Source: Candidatus Wildermuthbacteria bacterium RIFCSPHIGHO2_01_FULL_48_25 (GTDB taxonomy: Bacteria > Patescibacteriota > Minisyncoccia > Minisyncoccales > UBA10102). Taken from it: a stretch of 57,409 nt of DNA. A program made the position numbers and the translations under genes. The DNA lies in the NCBI GenBank assembly GCA_001823155.1, contig MHTR01000006.1:1-57409 (forward strand), written 5' to 3'. The notes under the pieces are model-generated. The model saw only the letters and a program-made list of their open reading frames with translations, was not told the origin of the DNA and did not search any database. This document shows, in pieces, positions 32,843 through 41,505 of this stretch (the first letter of the stretch is position 1; every line of letters starts with the position of its first letter).

Positions 32843-32915
32843 GGGCGGTTAGTTCACCGGTCAGAACGCCTCGTTGACATCGAGGAAGTAACAGGTCCGA
32901 TTCCTGTACCGCCCA
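32843..32915 (+). tRNA. tRNA-Val(GAC)
   Basis: Acceptor GGGCGGT/ACCGCCC, anticodon stem CCTCG/CGAGG with loop TTGACAT, T arm ACAGG-TCCGATT-CCTGT. Confidence 0.8.
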
Positions 32916-32960
32916 CACTTCGTCGCTAGCGCTCCTCAGTGCCTTCGGCCCACTACCTTT

Positions 32961-33617
32961 ATGAACCTATTGAAAATTCTGTTCGAAGATGATACGATGC
33001 TCGTGTTAGAAAAGCCCTCGGGCATAGATATTGCCGGGCTCCAGAAGCACCTCAAAAGTGGATATATTCCTGCCCATAGGCTAGACAAAGAAACTTCAGG
33101 CCTTTTGCTCGTTGCAAAAACGCCAGAAGCCCTAGACTTCTTCCAAGCGCAGTTCAAGGAACGAAAGGTGGAGAAGAAATATATCTGCCTTGTGGTGGGG
33201 GATATGAAAGAGAATGAGGGAAGGGTTGAAAGTTTACTCGGAAGAGCTCCTGGAGACAGAAGAAAACAGAAAGTATTCCTGCCGGGAGAAACAACCGGAG
33301 GAGAAAAGCGAGAAGCAGTGAGCGAGTACCGAGTGCTCGAACGGTTCAACGATTACACGCTCCTGGAGGTAAGCCCAAAAACAGGAAGAAAGCACCAGAT
33401 ACGGGCACAATTCGCTTCTCTCCACCATCCTCTCGCGGGAGACAAGCTGTACGGGTTCAAAAACCAGAAAATCCCAAAAGGGCTGAAGCGGCACTTCCTT
33501 CACGCAAGCTATCTAAAAGTACCAACCCTAAAGGGAGACTCAAAAGAGTTCACTCTAAAATTGCCAGAAGATTTAGAAAGTATACTAAAAGAATTGCAAC
33601 ATGGAAACAAAGATTGA
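32961..33617 (+). CDS. RluA-family pseudouridine synthase
   Basis: 218 aa. [15 protein letters not shown] catalytic motif and GRKHQIRAQ. Confidence 0.85.
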   Translation: MNLLKILFEDDTMLVLEKPSGIDIAGLQKHLKSGYIPAHRLDKETSGLLLVAKTPEALDFFQAQFKERKVEKKYICLVVGDMKENEGRVESLLGRAPGDRRKQKVFLPGETTGGEKREAVSEYRVLERFNDYTLLEVSPKTGRKHQIRAQFASLHHPLAGDKLYGFKNQKIPKGLKRHFLHASYLKVPTLKGDSKEFTLKLPEDLESILKELQHGNKD

Positions 33618-34068
33618 AACATTCAACAAAGCATTTTTGAAAACCATTCCCGACATTCGCCCGGGTGACACGGTTCAGGTTCACCAGAAGATCAAAGAAG
33701 GGGACAAGGAAAGAATCCAGGTGTTTGAAGGCGTGGTTCTGGCAATGAAACACGGGAAGGGCGTGAGCGGCATGATTACCGTTCGGAAGGTAAGCCAGGG
33801 AGTTGGTATTGAGAGAATCTTTCCCCTGCACTCCCCGTTCATTGAGAAAATAGAGGTGGTGAAGCGGGCAAAAGTAAGGAGAGCAAAACTCTACTATTTG
33901 AGAGACGCGAAGGGAAAGAAAGCAAAGTTGAAAGCAAAAGAGTTCAACCTCGAAAAACCAGAAGAGCCAGCTCCTGTAGTGGAAGAGGCAAAACCAGAAG
34001 AAGTACCGGCAGAACAGAACCAGGAGCAAGCTCCTGCAAAAGAAGAAACGAAGACAGCTGAAGCATAA
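33601..34068 (+). CDS. rplS: 50S ribosomal protein L19 with Lys/Glu/Pro-rich C-terminal extension
   Basis: [31 protein letters not shown]...[24 protein letters not shown] is canonical L19. About 45 extra C-terminal residues. Confidence 0.9.
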   Translation: METKIETFNKAFLKTIPDIRPGDTVQVHQKIKEGDKERIQVFEGVVLAMKHGKGVSGMITVRKVSQGVGIERIFPLHSPFIEKIEVVKRAKVRRAKLYYLRDAKGKKAKLKAKEFNLEKPEEPAPVVEEAKPEEVPAEQNQEQAPAKEETKTAEA

Positions 34069-34073
34069 CTTCT

Positions 34074-34156
34074 GCGCGGGTGGTGAAACCCGGTAAACAC
34101 GCTAGCTTGAGGTGCTAGTGCCGCAAGGCTTGGAGGTTCAACTCCTCTCCCGCGCA
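34074..34156 (+). tRNA. tRNA-Leu(GAG)
   Basis: Acceptor GCGCGGG/CCCGCGC, anticodon stem CTAGC/GCTAG with loop TTGAGGT, long variable arm. Confidence 0.85.
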
Positions 34157-34164
34157 CTAAATGA

Positions 34165-34236
34165 GGGCGGTTAGCTCAGTGGTAGAGCGACTCTCTTACA
34201 CAGAGTAGGCCATAGGTCCGAGTCCTATACCGCCCA
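34165..34236 (+). tRNA. tRNA-Val(UAC)
   Basis: Acceptor GGGCGGT/ACCGCCC, anticodon stem ACTCT/AGAGT with loop CTTACAC. CCA follows in the genome. Confidence 0.85.
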
Positions 34237-34240
34237 CCAT

Positions 34241-34312
34241 GCCGCGGTAGCTCAGTGGTAGAGCATTGGTCTGAAGAACCATTGGTCGTCAGTTCAATTC
34301 TGACCCGCGGCA
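34241..34312 (+). tRNA. tRNA-Phe(GAA)
   Basis: Acceptor GCCGCGG/CCGCGGC, D arm GCTCAGTGGTAGAGC, anticodon loop CTGAAGA. Confidence 0.85.
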
Positions 34313-34362
34313 CATTGAGGCGCAAAATGCGCCGAAATCCCGAGCGAAAGCGAGGGACGTAG

Positions 34363-34437
34363 GCGGGAGTAATTCAGTGGCAGAATGTCTCGTTGCCAAC
34401 GAGAATGTCGGGGGTTCGAATCCCCTCTCCCGCTCCA
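34363..34437 (+). tRNA. tRNA-Gly(GCC), CCA encoded
   Basis: Acceptor GCGGGAG/CTCCCGC, anticodon stem TCTCG/CGAGA with loop TTGCCAA, T-loop TTCGAAT, 3' TCCA. Confidence 0.85.
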
Positions 34438-34443
34438 CAGTTT

Positions 34444-36225
34444 CTATCTCACCATGTCGTACTGCTTGAGTTTTTGTTTTCTCAAAGCAAGCGGCATTTG
34501 CTGCAAAGCCAAAAGCTGAGCAAAGATCCCTTTGGTTGCCGCAAGCGCTGAGGGCGCCCCTATTTCATCTATCTTTCCTTCTTCCAAGGTAACCACGGTA
34601 TCCACGTTCTGAATGGTGGAGAGCCGGTGCGCGATGATAAGCGTGGTACGATCTCGCATCAAAACCTCCAGGGCCTTTTGCACTTCCCGCTCAGACCTGC
34701 TGTCTAAAGAACTGGTGGCTTCGTCGAGAATGAGCAAGGGAGCGTTTTTCAACACCGCTCTCGCAATGGCAACCCGCTGCTGCTGGCCACCTGAAAGCTT
34801 CACTCCGCGTTCTCCAATAGGAGTATCGTATCCTTGAGGAAGCTTTTGAATGAACTCGTCCGCGTTCGCGGTTTTCGCGGCAGCAGCAATCTCTTCCATG
34901 GTTGCGCCCTCTTTGCCGTAGGCAATGTTTTCTTTCACGGTCCCAGAGAATAAGGAAGGGGACTGGAACACCACTGCGATGTTCTCCCGCAGCGACTCCT
35001 GGGTCACGCCTTGAATATCCTGGCCGTCAACAAGAATTTTGCCTTGCTTGGGTTCGTAAAAACGCAGCAAGAGGTTGGCAATGGTTGTTTTTCCTCCTCC
35101 GCTTTCGGCCACCAAGGCAAGCTTGGTTCCAGGCTCAATGACAAACGAAATGTTCTCAAGTACCTCAGTCCCTTTTTCGTACTGAAACGACACGTTCTGG
35201 TACTCCACCCTTCCCTCTTTTACCCTGAGTTCTTTTGCTCCAGGTATGTCCTGGATCGCGGGGCGTATGTTCAACACGTCAAAAAAGTCCCTGCTTCCTG
35301 CCTGGGCCCGCTGTATCTGGTCAACAATAAAGGAAGAGGCAAACAAGGGGAACTGCGCCTGCGTTGCCAGCTGTATGAGCAGAGTCATTTCCCCCAAGGT
35401 GAACTTGCCTTCGAACGTCTGCCACACAATGAAGCCGTAAATGCCAAGAAAGACAACGTTCAAGCTCAGCCTTCGAACAACGTCGTACCAATGCCATTTT
35501 ACAGACTGCGTCTTTGTGATTGCCTCAATGGTGTTCCGCTGATTCCCAAAAAAAGAATGCTCGAGCGCTTCCTTCGCAAAAGACTTAACCGCCCTCATTT
35601 GCGAAATGGCTTCCGTGAACCTTCCGTGAGAAATATCCGTGTGCTCGTTGATAACTACCTGCTTCTCCTGCCAGGAGCGGGAAGAAAGCGTGGTTATCCA
35701 AATGTACAAAGGAAAAAGCACTGCCAAAAACAAGGCAGTGGGCCAGGAATAGTAGGCGATGATGAGGAGCGTGATGAACGAGGTCAAAAAGAAACTCGAG
35801 AAGTTGTTGGTGAACGCCTTCATGAAGTCGGTCACCGTTTCAATGCCGCGCACCAGTTTGCTTGTTATCTCGCCCACCACCGCGTTGTCAAAGTACCCTA
35901 CGGGAAGAGACAACAAATGGCTGTAGTAGCGCTTTGACAAAAGGGAATGCAGCTTTACCGACAGCAAGTCTCCCCAGTACCCCGACATGTTCGAGAACAG
36001 GGTAATGGCAACTCCTGCCGCAAAGTTAATGGCCACCAGCAACGCAAAGTACGTGAAGGGAATTTCTTTGCCGCCCAAAATGGCAACAATGCCGTCCACA
36101 ACGTACCGCATGACAAAAGGAGTCGCCTGATTCAGCAAAGCGATAAGAATAACAAAAAGCGCGATAGGAATGTAGTATCGCTTGAGCTCCCAAGAAAACT
36201 GAACAACGCGAATAATATCTCTCAT
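34444..36225 (-). CDS. ABC transporter, fused permease/ATPase (MsbA-like exporter)
   Basis: Start at ATG 36225 (MRDIIRV...). Six-TM domain, then Walker A ESGGGKTT, signature LSGGQQQR and Walker B LILDEATS. Confidence 0.9.
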   Translation of the reverse strand: MRDIIRVVQFSWELKRYYIPIALFVILIALLNQATPFVMRYVVDGIVAILGGKEIPFTYFALLVAINFAAGVAITLFSNMSGYWGDLLSVKLHSLLSKRYYSHLLSLPVGYFDNAVVGEITSKLVRGIETVTDFMKAFTNNFSSFFLTSFITLLIIAYYSWPTALFLAVLFPLYIWITTLSSRSWQEKQVVINEHTDISHGRFTEAISQMRAVKSFAKEALEHSFFGNQRNTIEAITKTQSVKWHWYDVVRRLSLNVVFLGIYGFIVWQTFEGKFTLGEMTLLIQLATQAQFPLFASSFIVDQIQRAQAGSRDFFDVLNIRPAIQDIPGAKELRVKEGRVEYQNVSFQYEKGTEVLENISFVIEPGTKLALVAESGGGKTTIANLLLRFYEPKQGKILVDGQDIQGVTQESLRENIAVVFQSPSLFSGTVKENIAYGKEGATMEEIAAAAKTANADEFIQKLPQGYDTPIGERGVKLSGGQQQRVAIARAVLKNAPLLILDEATSSLDSRSEREVQKALEVLMRDRTTLIIAHRLSTIQNVDTVVTLEEGKIDEIGAPSALAATKGIFAQLLALQQMPLALRKQKLKQYDMVR

Positions 36226-36278
36226 AGTCCAGTATTTGTTATAACACAAAAGCTGCCTTTCTGGGCGGGCTTTTTGGC

Positions 36279-36821
36279 TTATGCCAGAATCTTTTCCTGA
36301 TGCGCCCTAAACAGGAACGCTTTTGCGAATTCAAACGCGCCAAAGAACGCTCCGGTAAAGAGCAGGTCAGCTGCGAGCATTGAGCGGAAAAAGGGGAGCG
36401 CCAAGGTGTAGGAGAGCATGAGCCCCTGGAAGCTCTTTTCGTACCAGGGAGAAAATGCCCACACCGCGAAGTTTGTCGCGAGATAAAAGAATACCGCGCC
36501 TCCCAAAGCCCCTCCCAAGACCATTAAAGGGTTTTGTTTTGGAAGAACTCTCCCAATTAACGCGTACAAGAGGAAGCTCCCATACACCACTGCCATGAGT
36601 TTGAAATCGTAGAATCCAATAAACAGGTCTGAAAAAAACATTATGAACAGCGGGACAAACAATCCCAACCAATGCTTTCTTGCCAGATACGCGCCGGCGA
36701 ACAGCGCTAAAGCTCCAAGCGAGGTAAAGTTCGGAGCATGGGGAAGTAGCCGCACCCCAAAACTCAAAACAGCGATAATACCCACGAACAGAAATAAGAA
36801 TTGGGTATGAGTGAGTTTCAT
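36279..36821 (-). CDS. small polytopic membrane protein (ECF S-component-like; candidate cobalamin uptake protein)
   Basis: 180 aa, ~6 TM, N-terminal ..LPHAPNFTSLGALALFAG.. motif. Start overlaps the stop of the PduO-type adenosyltransferase gene. Confidence 0.45.
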   Translation of the reverse strand: MKLTHTQFLFLFVGIIAVLSFGVRLLPHAPNFTSLGALALFAGAYLARKHWLGLFVPLFIMFFSDLFIGFYDFKLMAVVYGSFLLYALIGRVLPKQNPLMVLGGALGGAVFFYLATNFAVWAFSPWYEKSFQGLMLSYTLALPFFRSMLAADLLFTGAFFGAFEFAKAFLFRAHQEKILA

Positions 36822-37360
36822 TTATACGTTGGTTTTGTTTCTTTGATCTTTTTGCCGTGAGCTTCCATGCGGGCCAGGGCGTAGAGGTAGCTTGAGAGCC
36901 GATTCAAATATGTTAACACTTCTTTTGAAACCTTTTTCTTTTTTGACACAATGAACATGCTCCGCTCCGAGCGCCGCGCAACGCTTCTCAGTACATGGAG
37001 CAGGGCAGACGATGTATTACTTCCCGGCAGCACGAAACTGCGCTCGGGTTGGATTTTGCGCTCCATCTCATCGATTTCTTTTTCCACTGCCCGTATCCGT
37101 TCTTCTTTTAATTTGGGTGCTTTGAATTTCGGGTACAAAAACCACGCGGTTTCGGCCTGAATAATGAAAAGGTCTTGTTGAACCCTTTCAAGTTTCTTTG
37201 AAAGCGTTTTGTTTTTCAAGAAAGCGCGTGCAAATCCAACAAATGAATTCAACTCGTCCAGATCCCCCAAGGCGCACACAATGGGATTGTCTTTGGGGAT
37301 CCTTTTCTTTCCAATGGAAGAGCTTCCTTTATCTCCCTTGCCCGTGTAAAAAAGGGGCAT
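36818..37360 (-). CDS. pduO: PduO-type ATP:cob(I)alamin adenosyltransferase
   Basis: 180 aa. YTGKGDKGSSS...ALGDLDELNS... and a helical-bundle C-terminus typical of PduO/MMAB. Confidence 0.8.
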   Translation of the reverse strand: MPLFYTGKGDKGSSSIGKKRIPKDNPIVCALGDLDELNSFVGFARAFLKNKTLSKKLERVQQDLFIIQAETAWFLYPKFKAPKLKEERIRAVEKEIDEMERKIQPERSFVLPGSNTSSALLHVLRSVARRSERSMFIVSKKKKVSKEVLTYLNRLSSYLYALARMEAHGKKIKETKPTYK

Positions 37361-37367
37361 ACTGCTT

Positions 37368-39827
37368 TTACGTGCAGCGGCTGAACCCGCATGCCTTACA
37401 ACTCATGCATCCTTCAGACATGAAGAGCTGAGAGCCGCAATCTGGGCATCCTGGCATGAACCCGAACTCCGCAATGGTTTTCTCTTCGTCTTTCACCAAG
37501 GGAAGCACTTCCTGGCTTTCAGGGCGGCTCAGCACCTCGTCTACGTGGTTCCCAACCTGCGCGTGCTCTTCCAGAACCCTTCCAATGGCGTCTGGCAAGG
37601 AAAGCACGGTGCCCCGGTCTGTAAACACGGGCATGGGGCCTCGAATGCCTCGCAGCTGGTCTACCACCTCTTCAATTTTGATGCCCGAGCGCAAAGCCAA
37701 GGAAGCCATTCTGCAAATTGCTTCAGACTGCTCCTGGTAAAACCCTCCTGACTTTCCAATGGCGGCAAATACCTCAAACGGAATGCCTTTTTCGTCATTG
37801 TTCACCGTGACATACAGGTTTCCGTACCCGGTCTTCATCTTGTAGGTCTTCCCGGTCATGATCTCGGGGCGGGGGCGGGGAGCTAACCTGGTTTTATCCA
37901 TGGCAAGCTCCAGGGATTTCTTTTGCTCAATGGTTCCTTCAGAAGAAATGGCTGTGGGAGCGATCACATTCTCTCCGGTTCCCAGGTTCAGGATCTGCAC
38001 CGCCCTGCTTCCTTCCCGATACACGGTAGCTGCCTTGCACCCGAGCTTCCAAGCAGACACGAAACTATCTGCTATTTCTTCTCTGGTAGCCGCATTGGGA
38101 AAGTTGATGGTTTTGGAAATGGAATTATCCACGTTGCGCTGGAACGCGGCCTGCATTTTCATGTGGTCGAGCCCGGCAATGTCCATGGAGATGACAAAGG
38201 TGTCTTTCAATTTCTGAGGCAACCCCTTGATGTTCTGGACGCTTCCCGTCTTGATGACTTCCTGCATGGCCTCCTCTTCCTCTTTTTTGGAGAGTTTAAG
38301 TTTTGCCAGCGCTTCTTTGAAGTACTTGTTGAAGTAGTGGTACTGCTGGCCGTCTTTGTCTTGCTTGGTATAGAACAAGGCGAAGTTAGGCTCGATTCCG
38401 GAACTCGTGTCGAACATCATGGAAATGGAACCGGTTGGAGCAACAGTGGTCAACGCAGCGTTGCGAAGCTTCTTTCCCAGGCCTGCTTTTTGCGCTGGAG
38501 AATGCACGGGCTTCTTTTGAACGAAAATGCTCTTCTTGTAGTTTCCGAATACTCCCTTTTCTTTTGCCAGCTGTTCAGACATTTCGTACGATATCTTGTT
38601 GATGAAGCCCATGGCTTTTTCAGCGGTTTCAATGCCTTCTTTGGAGTCATACCTCACTCCTAACTGAAACAGCATATCCGCGAATCCCATAATGCCCAGC
38701 CCGATTCTCCGATCTGCTTTCGCGAGCTCGGTACATGCAGGAACCGCGAAGTCAAAGAGGTCAATGACGTTGTCCATTAAGCGCACAGCTGCCCTGGTGG
38801 CTATTCTCAAGCGGGGGAAATCCATTTTCCCTCCTTTCACGAACGCGGCCAGGTTCAAAGAACCCAGGTTGCAGTTGTCATAGGGATGCAAAAATTGTTC
38901 CCCACAGGGATTTGAAGAAGCCAAAGCACCCAAGCCAGGAAGGGGATTGGAATGATTAATGGTGTCTATGAACGCGATGCCAGGTTCCCCATTCCTCCAC
39001 GCGCCTTCAATAAGCTGACTGAATAGATCTTTTACCGTGATATCCAGTTCTTCTGAACCATAGACCGCGCCGTTAGGGTGGCGCAGCACCTTGTGCGGCT
39101 TCATTTTCTTATCCTTGAACCTGCACATCCACAAAGAATCGGGTTTCTTGGTCAGCAAGTCCATGAACTCGTCTGTCACGGTGACGGAAATATTGAAATT
39201 GCGAATGGCCCCCTCCTGCTCCTTGCAGTGAATAAAGTCCAAAACATCGGGGTGGTCTACCCGCATCATTGCCATGTTTGCTCCGTGCCTGCCTTGCTGT
39301 TTTATGGTGCCAAAAGCGGCGTCATATACTTTCAAGAAAGAAACCGGGCCAGACGCTCGGCCTCTGGATTTCTTGGTGGGGAAGTCTGCGGGCCGCATTT
39401 CAGACAAATCAAAACCAAGGCCGCACCCTGCCTGCTGAAGCATTGCCGCGTCTTTGAGCGTTTGGAAAATGCTTTCCATGGAGTCATGAATAGGCAAGAC
39501 CACGCAGTTTGCGACAATGGGAGTGTCACCCCCCGCGTTGGTGAGTGTGCGGCCGGCAGGAGTGTACTCCTTGCCTGCCATGATATCAAAGAACTCTTTT
39601 GCGGTTTTTTGCACAAACTTCTCGTCTTTCCCGTACCTCTTCTCAACTCCTGCCAGGGTGTTTGCCACTCGCAGGAACAAGTCTGCCGGAGTTTCCTGGT
39701 TTCCCTTATCGTCCTCCAGGAGATAGCGCTTCCTCATCATCTTTTGCGCGTTCTCCGAAAACCTGGCATTGACCGTTTGTTTCTCTCTCGCGGAAACCTT
39801 GAGGGAAAGCGTTTGTGCTTTGGACAT
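37368..39827 (-). CDS. nrdJ: adenosylcobalamin-dependent (class II) ribonucleotide reductase
   Basis: The track ORF (to 40082) overlaps nrdR out of frame, so I start at ATG 39827 (MSKAQTLSL...). SNPCGEQ active-site motif, TVAPTGSIS, and a C-terminal CPDC...CMSCKAC zinc finger. Confidence 0.85.
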   Translation of the reverse strand: MSKAQTLSLKVSAREKQTVNARFSENAQKMMRKRYLLEDDKGNQETPADLFLRVANTLAGVEKRYGKDEKFVQKTAKEFFDIMAGKEYTPAGRTLTNAGGDTPIVANCVVLPIHDSMESIFQTLKDAAMLQQAGCGLGFDLSEMRPADFPTKKSRGRASGPVSFLKVYDAAFGTIKQQGRHGANMAMMRVDHPDVLDFIHCKEQEGAIRNFNISVTVTDEFMDLLTKKPDSLWMCRFKDKKMKPHKVLRHPNGAVYGSEELDITVKDLFSQLIEGAWRNGEPGIAFIDTINHSNPLPGLGALASSNPCGEQFLHPYDNCNLGSLNLAAFVKGGKMDFPRLRIATRAAVRLMDNVIDLFDFAVPACTELAKADRRIGLGIMGFADMLFQLGVRYDSKEGIETAEKAMGFINKISYEMSEQLAKEKGVFGNYKKSIFVQKKPVHSPAQKAGLGKKLRNAALTTVAPTGSISMMFDTSSGIEPNFALFYTKQDKDGQQYHYFNKYFKEALAKLKLSKKEEEEAMQEVIKTGSVQNIKGLPQKLKDTFVISMDIAGLDHMKMQAAFQRNVDNSISKTINFPNAATREEIADSFVSAWKLGCKAATVYREGSRAVQILNLGTGENVIAPTAISSEGTIEQKKSLELAMDKTRLAPRPRPEIMTGKTYKMKTGYGNLYVTVNNDEKGIPFEVFAAIGKSGGFYQEQSEAICRMASLALRSGIKIEEVVDQLRGIRGPMPVFTDRGTVLSLPDAIGRVLEEHAQVGNHVDEVLSRPESQEVLPLVKDEEKTIAEFGFMPGCPDCGSQLFMSEGCMSCKACGFSRCT

Positions 39828-39846
39828 GAAGTGGTTGAGATTAGTA

Positions 39847-40299
39847 TTATTTACTTTTTTCAAGCTTTTGGATTTCCCGCTCAAAGGCCTTGGTGCTTCC
39901 GAACTTGCGGTACACGGACGCGAAGCGCAGATAGGCAACTTTATCGAACGATTTAAGGTGGGAAAGAACGACTTGTCCCACCTGCTCTGATGGGACAAGC
40001 TCTTTTTCAAGATTGAATATGTCTCCCTCAACAGCTGAAACCACCTTTTGGAACTGCTGCTCGGTGTACGGGCGCTTCTCAAGCGCCTTTCTCAAGCCAA
40101 GCTCGATCTTGTGGCGCAAATAGGGCTCCCGGGAGCCGTCCCTCTTCAGAATCTCCAGGCCCAGGAGCTCCAAGCGCTCATAGGTAGTGAACCGCTGCTT
40201 GCACTGCACACATTCCCTCCTTCGTTTTATGGCTTTTTCTTCTCCTGCGGTCCTGGAATTGATGACTCGCGTTTTACTCTGGCATAAAGGACAGTTCAT
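39847..40299 (-). CDS. nrdR: transcriptional repressor NrdR
   Basis: MNCPLCQSKTRVINSR...CVQCKQRFTTYE zinc ribbon plus an ATP-cone. Confidence 0.92.
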   Translation of the reverse strand: MNCPLCQSKTRVINSRTAGEEKAIKRRRECVQCKQRFTTYERLELLGLEILKRDGSREPYLRHKIELGLRKALEKRPYTEQQFQKVVSAVEGDIFNLEKELVPSEQVGQVVLSHLKSFDKVAYLRFASVYRKFGSTKAFEREIQKLEKSK

Positions 40300-40310
40300 G
40301 AATACATCCT

Positions 40311-40357
40311 CCCATATCTTGTATGGGGATCAATAGTATCTATACAAGGATTCTTGT
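40311..40357 (-). promoter_or_regulatory. two candidate NrdR operator palindromes
   Basis: ACAAG-gatt-CTTGT (40344-40357, inside the promoter spacer) and CCCATA-tcttg-TATGGG (40311-40327, overlapping the SD). Centres are ~31.5 bp apart, the spacing I recall for tandem NrdR boxes. The match to the consensus is poor. Confidence 0.3.
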
Positions 40358-40367
40358 GTGCTTGCAA
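40339..40367 (-). promoter_or_regulatory. sigma70-like promoter of the nrdR-nrdJ operon
   Basis: Minus strand: TTGCAA (40367-40362), 17-nt spacer, TATAGA (40344-40339). GGGAGGA SD lies 7 nt before the ATG. Confidence 0.5.
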
Positions 40368-40453
40368 CACTGATTTTATCATCCCCAAGAAACGTGTCAA
40401 ACAGCCGCTTGTGGATAATTTTTAGCCCTGCATACAAGCCCTTGACTCCACCC

Positions 40454-40482
40454 TTGACTTTTTCGCCACAGTGTGATATATA
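40454..40482 (+). promoter_or_regulatory. sigma70-like promoter of the 3D-domain gene
   Basis: TTGACT (40454-40459; a second TTGACT lies at 40442), 17-nt spacer, TATATA (40477-40482). The leader contains CCCCC-gcga-GGGGG (40492-40505) directly before the ATG. Confidence 0.5.
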
Positions 40483-40512
40483 GTACTTTGTCCCCCGCGA
40501 GGGGGTTTTCGT

Positions 40513-40986
40513 ATGAAACACATCAAAAAGCATACATTCATCTTGGGATTTTCAGCCCTTTTGACGGGTTTCCTCCCTTTGTTCAGTTTCCAAGCAACAG
40601 ACTCTGTATCTTTGGAACCCCCTTCAAACCTCCTAGTGGCTCAATCCCATTCTTTGCTTCCCATCGCGTCTCCTGAAACTCCGCAAAAGGTGGTGAGTAA
40701 GGTGCTGGTGGTTGTCACCGCCTACTCGTCCACGGTTTCGCAGACCGACGATACGCCGTTCATCACGGCTTCTGGAACCACGGTTCGAAACGGTATTGTG
40801 GCAACCAACATACTGCCCATGGGAACAAAGATTAAGATTCCCGAACTTTACGGAGACAGGGTATTCGTGGTGGAAGACCGCATGCACCCGAGAAAGAATT
40901 ACCAGGTGGATATCTGGTTCCAGGAATATGTAGACGCGTTGAACTTCGGAGCAAAATACGCCTACATTGAGGTGCTGGGAAGTTAG
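40513..40986 (+). CDS. secreted 3D-domain protein (cell-wall-active, MltA/Rpf-associated domain)
   Basis: 157 aa. Signal peptide. VVVTAYSS....QTDDTPFITASGT.V..GIVA.N.LP.GTKI.IP...G.VF.VEDRM matches the 3D domain pattern. Confidence 0.7.
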   Translation: MKHIKKHTFILGFSALLTGFLPLFSFQATDSVSLEPPSNLLVAQSHSLLPIASPETPQKVVSKVLVVVTAYSSTVSQTDDTPFITASGTTVRNGIVATNILPMGTKIKIPELYGDRVFVVEDRMHPRKNYQVDIWFQEYVDALNFGAKYAYIEVLGS

Positions 40987-41002
40987 AACGTTGAAGTGGA
41001 CA

Positions 41003-41046
41003 AAAACTAAACCAGGCTTAGGAATTCCTAAGCCTGGTTTAGTTTT
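41003..41046. terminator. 44-nt perfect palindrome, bidirectional terminator
   Basis: AAAACTAAACCAGGCTTAGG-AATT-CCTAAGCCTGGTTTAGTTTT lies between the convergent 3D gene and tRNA-Leu, with an A-run and a T-run on either side. Confidence 0.8.
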
Positions 41047-41050
41047 GATG

Positions 41051-41133
41051 TGCCCAGGGTGGGAGTCGAACCCACAAACCCTTTCGGGTCAAGGATTTTA
41101 AGTCCTCTGCGTAAACCATTCCGCCACCCGGGC
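41051..41133 (-). tRNA. tRNA-Leu(UAA)
   Basis: Acceptor GCCCGGG/CCTGGGC, anticodon stem GAGGA/TCCTT with loop CTTAAAA, long variable arm, T-loop TTCGACT. Confidence 0.85.
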
Positions 41134-41141
41134 ATTCTTTG

Positions 41142-41212
41142 AGGCGCCTGGCGGAGTTGAACCGCCGTACGGGGATTTGCAGTCCCCTGCCTAGCCGCTC
41201 GGCCAAGGCGCC
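41142..41212 (-). tRNA. tRNA-Cys(GCA)
   Basis: Acceptor GGCGCCT/AGGCGCC, anticodon stem GGGGA/TCCCC with loop CTGCAAA, T-loop TTCAACT. Confidence 0.85.
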
Positions 41213-41213
41213 G

Positions 41214-41498
41214 CTATATCATTACGAACTCGATCTTGGGAATGGGGCGCATGACAAGCCGCTTGTTGAGTTTCTGCTGGATTTCAAAGATGTTCTTTGA
41301 GAGAACAGCCAAGGCCTGCTGAGAGCGCTCCTCGGGAATAATCGTAACGTAAATTTTGGCGTGCTGCAAGTCAGGGGAGCTCACTGCCTGCGCTATGGTA
41401 ACGAACACACTCTCGGGGAGTTCAACGCTTTCCAGCACAATGCGAGAGAGCTCTTTTCTAAGCAATTCGTTCACGCGCAGTATTCTTTGAAATTGCAT
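41214..41498 (-). CDS. rbfA: ribosome-binding factor A
   Basis: 94 aa from the internal ATG 41498 (MQFQRILRVNELLRKELS...), directly after the infB stop. The longer track ORF overlaps infB. Confidence 0.8.
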   Translation of the reverse strand: MQFQRILRVNELLRKELSRIVLESVELPESVFVTIAQAVSSPDLQHAKIYVTIIPEERSQQALAVLSKNIFEIQQKLNKRLVMRPIPKIEFVMI

Positions 41499-41505
41499 AC
41501 AAAAG

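Noticed and set aside
39828-40082. 85-codon N-terminal extension of the nrdJ ORF overlapping nrdR
   Set aside because: It overlaps nrdR in another frame and is Ser/Arg-rich. ATG 39827, 20 nt after the nrdR stop, starts a typical class II RNR N-terminus.
2625-40418. Replication origin inferred from the DnaA boxes
   Set aside because: The boxes are isolated and tens of kb apart. There is no AT-rich unwinding element with a clustered set of boxes, and dnaA and dnaN are not in the window.
36822-40500. Cobalamin riboswitch controlling the B12 module
   Set aside because: The four genes are contiguous with no leader long enough for a riboswitch. The only upstream region (40300-40370) is about 70 nt and shows promoter and operator features instead.
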